Notes: generated from the sequence alone by a model not told the origin. Positions 50,769 through 61,258 are shown, counted from the first letter of the stretch. The stretch is 64,000 nucleotides of DNA from Methanoregula sp. (GCA_041652515.1 JBAZHD010000005.1:3690-67689); one strand, 5' to 3'. A program made the numbers and translations.

Positions 50769-51784
50769 ATATCAGGGACACCATCTCCCGGCTTATGGAG
50801 CGGAAGGACCTTACTCCCGATGAAGCCGGGCAGGTCATGGGCGCCATTATGGAGGGCAGCACCACGCAATCCCAGACAGGCGCGTTTCTGATCGCTCTCC
50901 GGATGAAAGGTGAGACCCCGGAAGAGATTGCGGCATTTGCTCGAGTGATGCGCCAGCATGCGGTCACGGTAGCGCCGGCGACCCAAAAAACACTGGTCGA
51001 CACCTGCGGTACCGGCGGTGACGGTACGCACACCTTCAATATCAGCACTGCATCAGCACTCGTAGCAGCGGGTGCTGGTATCCCGGTGGTAAAACACGGG
51101 AACCGGAGCGTCAGCAGCACCTGCGGTTCCGCAGATGTCCTGTCTGCACTGGGCGTGAATATCGCAGTCGACCCAATGCGCCAGGCAAAGATTGTCGAAC
51201 AGGTTGGTATCGCATTCTTCTTTGCACCGGCCCATCATCCCGCCATGCGCCATGTTATGCCCGTACGGCAGGAACTGGGGTGCAGGACGATCTTCAATAT
51301 CCTCGGCCCCCTCGCCAACCCGGCCGGGGCGCAGGCACAGGTCCTTGGCGTCTATAATCCGGACCTTACGCGGCCGATGGCAGAAGTCCTCCGGATCCTC
51401 GGCCTTTCGCGTGCCATGGTTGTTCACGGGAGCGGCCTTGATGAGATTACTACAACGGGGGAAACCCGCGTCTGCGAACTGAACGGGGGTGCAATCAGAA
51501 ACTATACGCTGAACCCGGCAATGTTTGGGATTGCTCCGGCAAGCCTCCCGGACCTCCGCGGAGGGGATGCGCAGGAGAATGCCCGCATCATCCACGAGAT
51601 CCTTGCCGGGGAGAAAGGCGCCGGAAGGGATATCGTACTCATGAATGCCGGAGCCGCTATCTGTATTGGCGGGCAGGCACGGGACCTGCATGAGGGAATC
51701 GGGAGCGCTGCATCTTCCATCGACTCCGGGTGCGCCAGTGCCAGACTGGATGCGCTTATTGAGGCAACACGGAGTGAGGCATGA
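50765..51784 (+). CDS. trpD: Anthranilate phosphoribosyltransferase
   Basis: [32 protein letters not shown]. Confidence 0.96.
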   Translation: MNIRDTISRLMERKDLTPDEAGQVMGAIMEGSTTQSQTGAFLIALRMKGETPEEIAAFARVMRQHAVTVAPATQKTLVDTCGTGGDGTHTFNISTASALVAAGAGIPVVKHGNRSVSSTCGSADVLSALGVNIAVDPMRQAKIVEQVGIAFFFAPAHHPAMRHVMPVRQELGCRTIFNILGPLANPAGAQAQVLGVYNPDLTRPMAEVLRILGLSRAMVVHGSGLDEITTTGETRVCELNGGAIRNYTLNPAMFGIAPASLPDLRGGDAQENARIIHEILAGEKGAGRDIVLMNAGAAICIGGQARDLHEGIGSAASSIDSGCASARLDALIEATRSEA

Positions 51785-52536
51785 TCCTTGATGAGATAAT
51801 CAAAAGAACCGGGAAACGCGTGGCACTGCTCCCGGCATCGTATCCCGAATACACTGGCAGGACCCGGGTAAGTCTTGCAGAAGCCATCCGGTGCCGGAAC
51901 AAAAAGAACGCCATCATCGCCGAGATCAAATGTGCATCACCAAGCAGCGGGGTTATCCGGCGTAACGTGGATATGCCGATGATGGCCGGGGTCCTGGAAC
52001 AGGGAGGATGCATTGCCCTTTCGGTCCTGACCGAGCCCTATTTCTTTGGCGGGACCAGCGGGGATATCGCCCGTGTCAAGAGTGCCGTCAGCCTGCCGGT
52101 CCTCCGTAAGGACTTCATCATCGATGAGCGGCAGATCCCCGAGTCCCGTGCACTGGGCGCTGATGCCATGCTCCTCATTGCGGCAGTCCTGAAAAACAGG
52201 CTGCCGGGCTTTGTCGATACTGTTATCGATTACGGTCTCGAACCGCTTGTCGAGGTCCGTAACGGTGCTGAAGCTGAACTGGCGCTCTCGACAGAAACAA
52301 CCCTGATCGGGATCAATAACCGCGACCTTACCACACTTGGTGTCGACCGGTCGACAACCCGGAACCTGTCGGAACGGATACGGGGGGATGACCGGCTGGT
52401 CATATCGGAAAGCGGCATGAGATCCGCAGACGATGTAAGGGAGATAAAACAATACTGTGATGCGTTCTTAATCGGATCATCCATCATGTCCCACAATCAC
52501 CCGCGGAAAAAACTGGAGGAGTTTGTATGCGCGTAA
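51781..52536 (+). CDS. trpC: Indole-3-glycerol phosphate synthase
   Basis: [33 protein letters not shown]. Confidence 0.96.
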   Translation: MILDEIIKRTGKRVALLPASYPEYTGRTRVSLAEAIRCRNKKNAIIAEIKCASPSSGVIRRNVDMPMMAGVLEQGGCIALSVLTEPYFFGGTSGDIARVKSAVSLPVLRKDFIIDERQIPESRALGADAMLLIAAVLKNRLPGFVDTVIDYGLEPLVEVRNGAEAELALSTETTLIGINNRDLTTLGVDRSTTRNLSERIRGDDRLVISESGMRSADDVREIKQYCDAFLIGSSIMSHNHPRKKLEEFVCA

Positions 52537-53105
52537 AAATATGCGGGATTACCCGCCCGGAAGATGCCCGGTTTGCCGAACAACAGGGAGCAGATGCCAT
52601 CGGCGTTGTCGTCTTCTCAGGAGGGGTATCGCAGCGTCATACGGGGGAGGAGAAAGCACGCGAGATCTTTGAGTCCGTCGGTCCTTTCACCACAACCGTG
52701 GCTGTGTCTCATACAAAATCGGAGGACGATCTTAAGCGGATGATTGCACTGCATCCTCATGCAATCCAGATCTCCCACCCGTTCAGGTTCACTGAGGATC
52801 TGGGCGTCAGGATCATCCGTGTTATCGGACGGGGCGATCCCATCCCGGAAGATTGCGATGCCGTCATCGTGGATGACAGCCATGGGAAAGGCCGTGATTT
52901 TGATCCATCCTATGCCCGCGATGCCGTGAAACGCTCAAAGATTCCGGTCATCCTCGCCGGAGGACTTACGCCGGAGAATGTCGGGGATGCGATCCACAGG
53001 GTCCGGCCCTATGCAGTGGATGTGGCAAGCGGTGTCGAAGTGTCACCAGGAATAAAAGATCATGAAAAAGTGAGGGCGTTCATCACCGCAAGCAGGAGTG
53101 CATAA
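52527..53105 (+). CDS. trpF: Phosphoribosylanthranilate isomerase
   Basis: [25 protein letters not shown]. Confidence 0.95.
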   Translation: MRVKICGITRPEDARFAEQQGADAIGVVVFSGGVSQRHTGEEKAREIFESVGPFTTTVAVSHTKSEDDLKRMIALHPHAIQISHPFRFTEDLGVRIIRVIGRGDPIPEDCDAVIVDDSHGKGRDFDPSYARDAVKRSKIPVILAGGLTPENVGDAIHRVRPYAVDVASGVEVSPGIKDHEKVRAFITASRSA

Positions 53106-53106
53106 C

Positions 53107-54279
53107 ATGAAAAAGAAGGGAAGGTACGGGAAATACGGTGGGCAGTACGTTTCAGAGACGCTCATGAACGCACTTATTGAACTGGAGACCGCATACGAAA
53201 CGATCAAAAAAGACCGTGAATTTATCAGCGAACTTACGGCCCTGCAGACAGAATATGCCGGCCGCGAGACACCGCTTACATTCTGCCCGAACGCCTCGAA
53301 GGAACTCGGGTGCAGGATTTACCTCAAGCGAGAGGATCTTGTCCACGGCGGTTCCCACAAACTCAACAATACACTCGGGCAGGCACTGCTGGCAAAACGC
53401 ATGGGCAAGAAACGCCTGATCGCCGAGACCGGCGCCGGGCAGCACGGGGTTGCCACAGCAATTATCGGGGCAGCACTCGGGATTCCGGTTGAAGTGTACA
53501 TGGGCGAGGTCGACACGAAGCGGCAGGCACTCAATGTCTTCCGGATGGAACTGATGGGTGCGAAGGTTATACCGGTCAAATCAGGTACCCGGACACTCAA
53601 GGATGCTATCAACGAGGCACTCCGCGACTGGGTGGCAAATGTCCGTGATACCCATTACCTGATCGGTTCCGTTGTCGGGCCGCACCCGTTCCCCCTGATG
53701 GTCCGTGACTTCCAGTCCGTGATCGGAAAGGAAGCCCGCCGGCAGGTTATGAAAAAAGAGGGCAGGCTCCCGGATACGATCGTTGCCTGTGTCGGGGGAG
53801 GATCGAATGCAATGGGTATCTTTTACCCGTTTGTAAAAGACGATGTGGAGCTCATTGGCGTCGAAGCCGGTGGCGAGGGGATCGAGACCGGAAAGCACTC
53901 GGCAACCCTCTGCGCCGGGGAAGCGGGTGTGCTGCACGGTACACTCTCCTATCTCCTGCAGGACGCGGATGGTCAGGTACTCCCGACCCATAGCATCTCG
54001 GCCGGGCTCGATTACCCGGGGGTAGGTCCTGAACATTCGATGCTGAAGGACAACGGGAGGGTGACCTATACGGCAGTGAATGACCCGGATGTTCTCGATG
54101 CATTCCGGTTCCTCTCCCGTAAGGAAGGGATCATCCCGGCGCTTGAATCTGCTCATGCCGTGGCCTGGGTCATGAAGAACGCTGACCGGTTTGATAAGGA
54201 CGATATCGTTGTTATTAACCTCTCCGGCAGGGGCGATAAGGATGTGGCTGAAGTGGCAGCAATGCAGGGGAGATTATAA
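53107..54279 (+). CDS. trpB: Tryptophan synthase beta chain
   Basis: [45 protein letters not shown]. Confidence 0.97.
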   Translation: MKKKGRYGKYGGQYVSETLMNALIELETAYETIKKDREFISELTALQTEYAGRETPLTFCPNASKELGCRIYLKREDLVHGGSHKLNNTLGQALLAKRMGKKRLIAETGAGQHGVATAIIGAALGIPVEVYMGEVDTKRQALNVFRMELMGAKVIPVKSGTRTLKDAINEALRDWVANVRDTHYLIGSVVGPHPFPLMVRDFQSVIGKEARRQVMKKEGRLPDTIVACVGGGSNAMGIFYPFVKDDVELIGVEAGGEGIETGKHSATLCAGEAGVLHGTLSYLLQDADGQVLPTHSISAGLDYPGVGPEHSMLKDNGRVTYTAVNDPDVLDAFRFLSRKEGIIPALESAHAVAWVMKNADRFDKDDIVVINLSGRGDKDVAEVAAMQGRL

Positions 54280-55067
54280 TGGGACGGATTGACGGGGTGT
54301 TTTCCGGCAGAAAAAAACCAGCATTCATTGGTTTCACGGTGGCAGGAGACCCGGACAAGGAGACCTGCATCCGGGCCGCAATGGCACTCATTGAAGGAGG
54401 TACGGACATCCTTGAACTGGGAGTCCCGTTTTCCGACCCGGTAGCAGACGGCCCGACCATCCAGAAGGCAGACGAGCGTGCACTTGCGGCGGGAACAACG
54501 GTGGATACAATCTTTAAAATTGTCCGCGAACTGCGGGAAAAGACAGATGCCCCTATCGTTTTCCTCGCATATTACAACATGATCTATCACCGGGGGATTG
54601 ACCGGTTCTACCAGGAAGCACACGATGCGGGTGTCGATGGCATCCTTATCGCAGATATGCCCGTCGAAGAATCCGAAGACGTATATGAGACGGCCCTCCG
54701 GTACGGGATCGATCCAATCTTCCTCGTAACCCAGACAACATCCGATGAGCGGATAAAAAAGATCGCCGCCCGGGCGCACGGGTACCTCTATCTTGTTGCA
54801 GTCCTCGGAGTTACCGGTGTGCGGGACACTGTTTCATCCGGTGCAATCGATCTCCTGCAGCGGGTAAGGAACCATACAAAAATTCCGCTCGCTCTCGGGT
54901 TTGGCATATCGACGCCCGACCATGCACAAGTCTGTTCAGCGGCAGGTGCCGACGGGGTCATTGTCGGCAGCGCGATTGTCGACATTGTCGGAAGAAATCT
55001 CAGCAACCCGGACAGAATGGTGCAGGATCTGAAAACCTATGTCGGGCAGATGAAAAAAGGGCTCTGA
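54279..55067 (+). CDS. trpA: Tryptophan synthase alpha chain
   Basis: LELGVPFSDPVADGPTIQ, GVTG, GFGIS, VIVGSA. Confidence 0.97.
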   Translation: MGRIDGVFSGRKKPAFIGFTVAGDPDKETCIRAAMALIEGGTDILELGVPFSDPVADGPTIQKADERALAAGTTVDTIFKIVRELREKTDAPIVFLAYYNMIYHRGIDRFYQEAHDAGVDGILIADMPVEESEDVYETALRYGIDPIFLVTQTTSDERIKKIAARAHGYLYLVAVLGVTGVRDTVSSGAIDLLQRVRNHTKIPLALGFGISTPDHAQVCSAAGADGVIVGSAIVDIVGRNLSNPDRMVQDLKTYVGQMKKGL

Positions 55068-55086
55068 CCGGACGGTTCCATTTTTT

Positions 55087-55608
55087 TTATTCCACCGGAT
55101 CGCCGCGATACCCGTGCCGGCCGAGAATTGCCATGACATTCGCCATCCATCCGGCATCGGGAGTATTCGGTTTGTGGCTATGGGGAATATGGGCAATATG
55201 TTCCTTCCAGATTGTTGAGAGTGCCTCATCCGCAGTCCGTATGTCATTTTCTCCGATGACCCTTCCCACCAGTTCTCCCTTGCTGGTATAGATCAGCATA
55301 CGGTAACAACGGAATTCCCGGCATACCATGGGGCGGGTGGGATAGACCGTGCACACAAATCCGTTCCCATCGGGATTTTTCTGCAGGAAGGGACATTTTT
55401 TTTCAGGGTTTTCCGATCCCGGTTTCTGCTCTGAACAGGTCCCGGCAACAGATTCTGCATATTCCGGCTGGACGTGGACAAGGACAAGATCATTGGTGAT
55501 GCCATACCGGCAATAGTAATCACGGTCCGTGAGCTTCAGTTCGATCCTGATAAAACCGCCAAAACTCCTGCAGCATTTACCGCACCAGTCACAGACAAAT
55601 TCCGCCAT
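55087..55608 (-). CDS. YkgJ-family cysteine-cluster protein
   Basis: CDWCGKCC...CPFL...CTVYPTRPMVCREF; start moved to ATG 55608. Confidence 0.85.
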   Translation of the reverse strand: MAEFVCDWCGKCCRSFGGFIRIELKLTDRDYYCRYGITNDLVLVHVQPEYAESVAGTCSEQKPGSENPEKKCPFLQKNPDGNGFVCTVYPTRPMVCREFRCYRMLIYTSKGELVGRVIGENDIRTADEALSTIWKEHIAHIPHSHKPNTPDAGWMANVMAILGRHGYRGDPVE

Positions 55609-55704
55609 CAGTAACCGGTTATTAGCGCGAGGGCTGATAAAAACAAGCGTGATTATCCTGCAATACCCTTCAGGATTTTTATCTCCAGAGTTTTGGATCT
55701 TGTT

Positions 55705-55737
55705 TGATTTTTCTGATTTTTCTGAAAAATATAAATA
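55705..55737 (+). promoter_or_regulatory. Promoter of the hgc operon with tandem 9-bp repeats
   Basis: TGATTTTTC twice (55705-55722), palindrome ATTTTTC-T-GAAAAAT, then TATAAATA at 55730. Confidence 0.5.
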
Positions 55738-55768
55738 TTGAGAATCCCTACAATAATCCGGAACAGGT

Positions 55769-56062
55769 ATGACAAAAAGAAACAGCAGTGCCGGCTGCAA
55801 TCCGTCCGGTGAACCATTCGGGTGCACTCCGGGATCCGGATGCCGGGTTGAGGCAGTCCTCAGCGTGGACGACCGGGGCCAGATGGTACTCCCTAAGGAT
55901 GTCCGGGAAAAGGCAGGTATCAGAACCGGGGATAAACTTGCCCTGATCAGCTGGAGCCGTGGTGAAGATGTCTGCTGCCTCGCACTCATGAAAGTCGAGA
56001 ACCTGAGCGGGATGGTAAAAGATGTTCTCGGGCCGCTGATGCAGGAACCTGAGAGAAAATGA
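55769..56062 (+). CDS. AbrB/SpoVT-type HgcAB-associated protein
   Basis: SVDDRGQMVLPKDVREKAGIRTGDKL AbrB signature; VCCL; ATGA overlap with hgcA. Confidence 0.82.
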   Translation: MTKRNSSAGCNPSGEPFGCTPGSGCRVEAVLSVDDRGQMVLPKDVREKAGIRTGDKLALISWSRGEDVCCLALMKVENLSGMVKDVLGPLMQEPERK

Positions 56063-57144
56063 GGTTTGAAAGTATGGGTACAAAAGATAACGCCGGATCG
56101 TCCTGCTCGTGTACTCCGGATCTGCAGACACCGCCTTGCAACTGTCTGACGGATAATCCACCGGTATCAGAGATCATCACGACCGACAGTACGATCACCT
56201 CTGCCAACCGGCTCGACCACTTCCTTGCCCGCTGGGGCTGGAAGCGGGAGAGCCACAGGATAGAGCCCGGCCTCTACCGTCTCGGGAACCCGGATCCGGA
56301 CTCCATGGTCTTTGCATCTGCAAATTACACGCTCAGCTTCGATGCGCTGCGATCTTCCCTTGGCGGTATCGATGCCTGGATCCTCGTTCTGGACACGAAA
56401 GGGATCAATGTCTGGTGTGCGGCCGGAAAGGGTACATTCGGGACTGAGGAACTGGTACGAAGAATTGAGTGTACCGGTCTCGCCGGTATTGTCCGGCACC
56501 GGAAGATCATAGTTCCCCAGTTGGGGGCGCCGGGGATCTCGTGGCCGGAGGTGATGAGGAAGTCGAAATTCCTTGTCGAGTACGGCCCGGTCCGGGCAAA
56601 AGATCTCCCGGAGTATCTCAAAACACACAAGGCAACACCGGCAATGCGGCGGATGGAGTTCCCGCTGGCAGAGCGCGTGGTCCTGATTCCCGTGGAATTT
56701 GTCCATTCAGTACTTCCCCTGATCATCGTTTCAGTGCTCCTCTGGTTCCTTGCCGGTCCCGTTGCTGCACTTGCGGCAGTATCCGCGGTACTTGCAGGTA
56801 CGGTACTCTTCCCGGCACTTCTCCCGTATATCCCGACTCAGGATTTCTCAACCAAAGGACTGATCCTGGGACTCGTCGTCGCCATTCCCTTCGCACTCTC
56901 GTTCGGTACAAACCCGGCTATGCCGGGCTGGGCGAATGCAGCAGGCGCGTTTACTGTACTCCTCATCATGCCGGCAGTTGTTGCATACTCTGCCCTGAAC
57001 TTTACCGGCGCCACGACATTCACATCGCGGACGGGAGTGAAAAAGGAGATATTCCGGTATGTCCCGGTCATGGCCCTCATGGCGGGAATCGGTGTGATCA
57101 TCGGAATTATTCTTGGAATCAGCCGGCTTATCGGAGTGATCTGA
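56059..57144 (+). CDS. hgcA: Mercury methylation corrinoid protein HgcA
   Basis: Cap-helix motif GINVWCAAGKGTFG; ANYTLSFD; C-terminal TM helices; NFTGATTFTSRTGV. Confidence 0.96.
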   Translation: MRFESMGTKDNAGSSCSCTPDLQTPPCNCLTDNPPVSEIITTDSTITSANRLDHFLARWGWKRESHRIEPGLYRLGNPDPDSMVFASANYTLSFDALRSSLGGIDAWILVLDTKGINVWCAAGKGTFGTEELVRRIECTGLAGIVRHRKIIVPQLGAPGISWPEVMRKSKFLVEYGPVRAKDLPEYLKTHKATPAMRRMEFPLAERVVLIPVEFVHSVLPLIIVSVLLWFLAGPVAALAAVSAVLAGTVLFPALLPYIPTQDFSTKGLILGLVVAIPFALSFGTNPAMPGWANAAGAFTVLLIMPAVVAYSALNFTGATTFTSRTGVKKEIFRYVPVMALMAGIGVIIGIILGISRLIGVI

Positions 57145-57536
57145 TGTCCGGTTCCGGAAAGGTTCAACAGAATCCTGACGAGAAGAAGAATCAATCAGGA
57201 TTCTTCGACTCGTATACAGAGACAAGCCTGAAATATTATCCCGAGCGGTGTATCAACTGCAAACGCTGCACACAGGTGTGCCCGCACGCAGTCTTTGCTG
57301 AAGGGAAGGACCATGTCGATCTCGCACAACCGGCCTCCTGCATGGAATGCGGGGCCTGCGCTCTCAACTGCCCGGTGCAGGCAATTGAAGTACAGAGCGG
57401 TGTCGGCTGTGCTTGGGCGATGATCAGCGCTGCCCTGCGGGGTAAGGATATGGATACGGAATGCAGCTGCGGCGGCGATGACGGCAGTTGCTGCGGCCAG
57501 TCGCAGGAACCCTCCTGCGGATGTGAGGAAAAATGA
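57144..57536 (+). CDS. hgcB: Mercury methylation ferredoxin HgcB
   Basis: CINCKRCTQVCP and CMECGACALNCP; GVGC; Cys-rich tail; TGATG overlap with hgcA. Confidence 0.95.
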   Translation: MSGSGKVQQNPDEKKNQSGFFDSYTETSLKYYPERCINCKRCTQVCPHAVFAEGKDHVDLAQPASCMECGACALNCPVQAIEVQSGVGCAWAMISAALRGKDMDTECSCGGDDGSCCGQSQEPSCGCEEK

Positions 57537-57967
57537 CGAAAAAACCCTGGATCCTTTTCATCTGCACGGCAAACGCCGCACGATCCCAGATGGCGGAAGG
57601 ACTGCTCCGGGCAAAATACGGGGACCGGTATGAAGTATTCTCGGCCGGAACCCGGCAGTCAAAGGTAAGCAGCCGGGCCATAGCGGTGATGCAGGAGATC
57701 GGGATCGATATCTCACATCACCGTTCAAAAACCCTCGCAGAATATGAAGGGGTTCCTTTTGATCTTGCCATCACCCTCTGCGACAACGCCCAAGCGGTCT
57801 GCCCGATTGTACCTGGTGCAAAAAAGACGATCCATCATGGATTTGCCGACCCCCACCTGATACCGGGCACTGAAGATGAGGCCCTTGAAGGCTACCGGAA
57901 TGTCAGGGATGGGATCTCAGCGTGGATCGACCGTGAATTCGGTGCAGGTTCAAAAATACCGCAATAA
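57533..57967 (+). CDS. arsC: Thioredoxin-type arsenate reductase (LMW-PTP fold)
   Basis: CTANAARSQMAEG P-loop, SAGT, TLCDNAQAVCP redox pair, DP. Confidence 0.85.
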   Translation: MTKKPWILFICTANAARSQMAEGLLRAKYGDRYEVFSAGTRQSKVSSRAIAVMQEIGIDISHHRSKTLAEYEGVPFDLAITLCDNAQAVCPIVPGAKKTIHHGFADPHLIPGTEDEALEGYRNVRDGISAWIDREFGAGSKIPQ

Positions 57968-58011
57968 CCAGATCAATTCGTTCTGAACAGGAGCAGATCT
58001 TTTTTTTCTTT

Positions 58012-58842
58012 TCAGGGCTTCCTGAGGACCCTACAGACTTTCTCCATGAGAGCATGGTGCCGGCAGAGATGGTCCATGAAGGTACTGCTGCGTTCCCGTT
58101 CCGGGAGCGGTAACCAGCTCACACCGCAGTCCGTGTCCCAGAGCACCAGCCCTTCGGCCGGGGCGGGTGACAGCGGTTTATCAGGTTCACCCCGCAAAAA
58201 TAACGCAATGGAATCCGGTTCTGCCTCGCCATTTCCTACGCGGAGAAGGGCGGTCGCCATGCATCGTACCTGGTGCCACAGGAAGCTTTCCGCAGTCACT
58301 TCGAGAAACGCAAATCCGTCTTCCTCAGCAACGCGTATTGAAAGGATATTCCGCAGGGGGTTCTTGTCTTTTACCCGGGCAAAGTGCGAGAAATCGTGGA
58401 TGCCCAGGAAATGCCGGGATGCCTTTTCCATCTCACCGGTTTTCCTGGGGACTTCTGAAAAGAAATAGCGGTATGTCCGGGATTTTGCATCATAGCGCGG
58501 GTGGAACGGTTCCGGGACAACCGCATACGCGGAGCACCAGAGATCCGGCGGCAGCTGGATGTTGATTGTCGCTATCGCACGGTCAGGAGCATCCGTGGTG
58601 AAAGCGATGACCTGCCCGCGGGCATGGACGCCCCGGTCCGTTCTTCCGGCCGACACAAAACCGGCCTTCCGCCAGTCTTCGAACAGGCTCAGCCGCTGGC
58701 ATGTCGCAATGAACTCGCCTTCCACGGTACGGCTGGACGCCTGCATCTGCGAGCCGAAGAACCGGCTGCCCAGGTATGATACCCGGAAGGCCAGCCTTAC
58801 CGGAGCTGGACGTGCCGGGTTATCCGCTTTATCTTCTTCCAT
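58012..58842 (-). CDS. truA: tRNA pseudouridine(38-40) synthase; start uncertain
   Basis: AGRTDRGVHA, RTYRY, GIHDFSHF, SFLWHQVR, APAEGL. Confidence 0.95.
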   Translation of the reverse strand: MEEDKADNPARPAPVRLAFRVSYLGSRFFGSQMQASSRTVEGEFIATCQRLSLFEDWRKAGFVSAGRTDRGVHARGQVIAFTTDAPDRAIATINIQLPPDLWCSAYAVVPEPFHPRYDAKSRTYRYFFSEVPRKTGEMEKASRHFLGIHDFSHFARVKDKNPLRNILSIRVAEEDGFAFLEVTAESFLWHQVRCMATALLRVGNGEAEPDSIALFLRGEPDKPLSPAPAEGLVLWDTDCGVSWLPLPERERSSTFMDHLCRHHALMEKVCRVLRKP

Positions 58843-59474
58843 GTGTTGTTGATCGACTGGCGTGTATAGGTGCGCAGCGGCGTCTTCTTCCCACCGCAGG
58901 ATACTTTTCCGGCCCGGATCGCGTCAAGGATTGCAGGGACATTTCTTTCTGCATCCACATACGTTCTCCCGAATCCGACGAACCGTGCATTATGGGCATC
59001 GCTTCCGCCGACGCAGGGTTTACCGAGCCGCTTTGCAATCCGTGCTGCCTTGGTGTTGGCCGACCCCACGATATACCGGCTGTTGAAGGCCTCCACTGCG
59101 TCCACGACATCCATCCCGGCCTTCTTCCGGCGGGCAACACCATGGCGCCAGACATGGTAGGGGTGGGGGAGGATGGCTATAGCCCCCATCCGCCGGGCGA
59201 TCTCGACCGTGACGATCACATCAAGCCCCGGGGGTATCAGTTCCGTAACGCCGAGTATGAGGAGGTGTCCCTGCTTGGTAGAGACCTCGATTCCCGGGAT
59301 CACGAGGACTGATGTAGTGCATGCAAGCGCTTCCTTTGCGCCGTCAACCGAATCGTGATCGGTGATTGCGATCGCGTCAAGCCCCGCTGCCTCTGCCTGT
59401 TTCAGGATCTCTTCGACACTGCTTTCGCCGTCTTTTGAAAAATTTGTGTGCACATGCAAATCGCAGGTCAGCAT
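58797..59474 (-). CDS. PHP-domain metal-dependent phosphoesterase
   Basis: DLHVHT..SKDG, AITDHD, PGIEVST, PHP, GGSDAH. Confidence 0.9.
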   Translation of the reverse strand: MLTCDLHVHTNFSKDGESSVEEILKQAEAAGLDAIAITDHDSVDGAKEALACTTSVLVIPGIEVSTKQGHLLILGVTELIPPGLDVIVTVEIARRMGAIAILPHPYHVWRHGVARRKKAGMDVVDAVEAFNSRYIVGSANTKAARIAKRLGKPCVGGSDAHNARFVGFGRTYVDAERNVPAILDAIRAGKVSCGGKKTPLRTYTRQSINNTWKKIKRITRHVQLR

Positions 59475-59515
59475 CTGATCATAGTGTTTTTATCTCTCTG
59501 GTATTAAGGGAACTT

Positions 59516-60928
59516 ATGCGCATTCTCCTTCCCACCGGAGCCGCTACCGAATCGCTGGTGAGACGCGCTGCAGCGGAATATGATGCTGATGTCGTGGTGA
59601 CCGGCGAAATTGCCTCGTTTCTTACCCCCCACGCGCTCCGCATGCTCCTGAAGAAAAAGAAGTATGACTGCGTTATTGTCTCCGGGATGTGCACGGCCTC
59701 GTTCGAACAGGTGGAGCGCGAGACCGGTGTTCCTGTCTACCGGGGACCCCGCCACGCAGCAGACATTGCACTGGTGCTGCCGCTGATTGGCACCATGGAA
59801 CTCTCGCGCACGGTTCCGGCTGACGATTTCCTTGCTGCCAGAAAGGCAGAAAGTGCCCTGCGCAGGATTGAAGAACAGGAAAAGGATGCAATACCTGATT
59901 TTCTTATCCGGGGTGTAAAGATCGGCGGGGGCTCCCGGATGAAAGTGCTGGCGGAGATCATGGACGCACACCGGTGCGGGGATATCCGGAGTACTGTTGA
60001 AGGATACCATGCTTCCGGGGCAGATATCGTTGACCTCGGGTTCGGGTTCGATGCAACACCGGATGATGTAACACGGGTTTTTTCTCTTCTTGCGGATCTC
60101 GATGCCCCGCTCGCTGTTGATACACAGGATCCGTCCCTGATCCGGGCGGCCCTCGGCCGAGCCGATATCGTGCTCAGCCTGCAGGAGACAAACATTCCTG
60201 AAGTGGGTAAAGACGTGGCCATGGCGGGCGTGGCTGTAGTGGTGGTACCGGGGAACACCACCCTGACGAAAAATATCGCCCTTGCAAAAAAAGCCGGTGT
60301 CCGGTGCATCATCGCCGATCCGCTCCTCCAGCCTGTTGGTTCGGGGTTCACCCGCTCGCTTTCCGGATTCAGGAAATTCAGTTGTCCGGTCTTTTTCGGC
60401 GCGGGAAACGTCGTGGAACTGCTTGACGCTGATTCGGTCGGGGCGAATGCACTCCTTGCCGGTATTGCTGCAGAAGCCGGTGCATCGATCATCTTCACGA
60501 GCGAACATTCTGATAAGACCCGGGGGTCCATCCGCGAGATGCGACGGGCAACGGAGATGATGGTGCTTGCAGGGAACCGTCCTTACCCCAAGGATCTCGG
60601 GATCGACCTCCTCGTACTTAAGGAGAAGCGGCGCAGGCGCGAGCCCCCGCTTGAATATACTGCCTCTGCTACAGCCCGTCCCATGCCAGATGAGATCACC
60701 TGCGATCCCAGGGGCAATTTCCGGATCGGGATTGAAGGCGACCGGATCGTTGCTGTCATCCATGGAAAAGCCGTCACCGGTAAACGCTGGCAGGATGTGC
60801 TCTACACCCTCCTGTCGCAGGGAGACATCTCCCTTCCCGATCATGCTGGGTATCTTGGCCGGGAATTGTACAAGGCAGAACTCGCGATCCGGTACGGGCG
60901 GAGCTTCGAGCAGGACGGCGAATTTTAG
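59516..60928 (+). CDS. Dihydropteroate synthase-like protein (archaeal)
   Basis: GADIVDLG, AVDT, ADPLL, NVVELLDADSVG, YPKDLGIDLL, HAGYLGRELYKAE. Confidence 0.85.
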   Translation: MRILLPTGAATESLVRRAAAEYDADVVVTGEIASFLTPHALRMLLKKKKYDCVIVSGMCTASFEQVERETGVPVYRGPRHAADIALVLPLIGTMELSRTVPADDFLAARKAESALRRIEEQEKDAIPDFLIRGVKIGGGSRMKVLAEIMDAHRCGDIRSTVEGYHASGADIVDLGFGFDATPDDVTRVFSLLADLDAPLAVDTQDPSLIRAALGRADIVLSLQETNIPEVGKDVAMAGVAVVVVPGNTTLTKNIALAKKAGVRCIIADPLLQPVGSGFTRSLSGFRKFSCPVFFGAGNVVELLDADSVGANALLAGIAAEAGASIIFTSEHSDKTRGSIREMRRATEMMVLAGNRPYPKDLGIDLLVLKEKRRRREPPLEYTASATARPMPDEITCDPRGNFRIGIEGDRIVAVIHGKAVTGKRWQDVLYTLLSQGDISLPDHAGYLGRELYKAELAIRYGRSFEQDGEF

Positions 60929-60976
60929 CGCACCGGCACCTAACGTTTATCTTCCGCAACAATGCACATTTACTGC

Positions 60977-61258
60977 ATGGCAGCACAGGCACGCGCATCC
61001 CATATCCTTGTCAAGACAGAAGAACAGGCAAACCAGATCATGAAGCGCATTACCGACGGCGAGGAATTTGCCGCCGTTGCGAAACGGTTCTCTTCCTGCC
61101 CGTCCGGCAAGAGCGGCGGCGACCTCGGGTGGTTCGGCAAGGGAATGATGGTTCCCGAGTTCGAGAAGGTCGCATTCTATGAGGAGGTCGGCAAGGTTGT
61201 CGGCCCGGTCAAGACCCAGTTCGGTTACCATGTCATCAAGGTGACGGGTAAGAAATAA
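60977..61258 (+). CDS. Parvulin-type peptidyl-prolyl isomerase
   Basis: ASHILV, SSCPSGKSGGDLG, MVPEFE, PVKTQFGYHVI. Confidence 0.93.
   Translation: MAAQARASHILVKTEEQANQIMKRITDGEEFAAVAKRFSSCPSGKSGGDLGWFGKGMMVPEFEKVAFYEEVGKVVGPVKTQFGYHVIKVTGKK

Noticed and set aside
55609-55989. 127-aa N-terminal extension of the YkgJ ORF
   Set aside because: It runs antisense through the AbrB gene and promoter; the domain begins at MAEFVCDWC (55608)
56469-57143. Long N-terminal extension of HgcB or an hgcA-hgcB fusion
   Set aside because: It is an alternative frame inside hgcA; hgcB has its own ATG at 57144 overlapping the hgcA TGA
59504-60844. 446-aa antisense ORF
   Set aside because: Shadow frame of the DHPS-like gene
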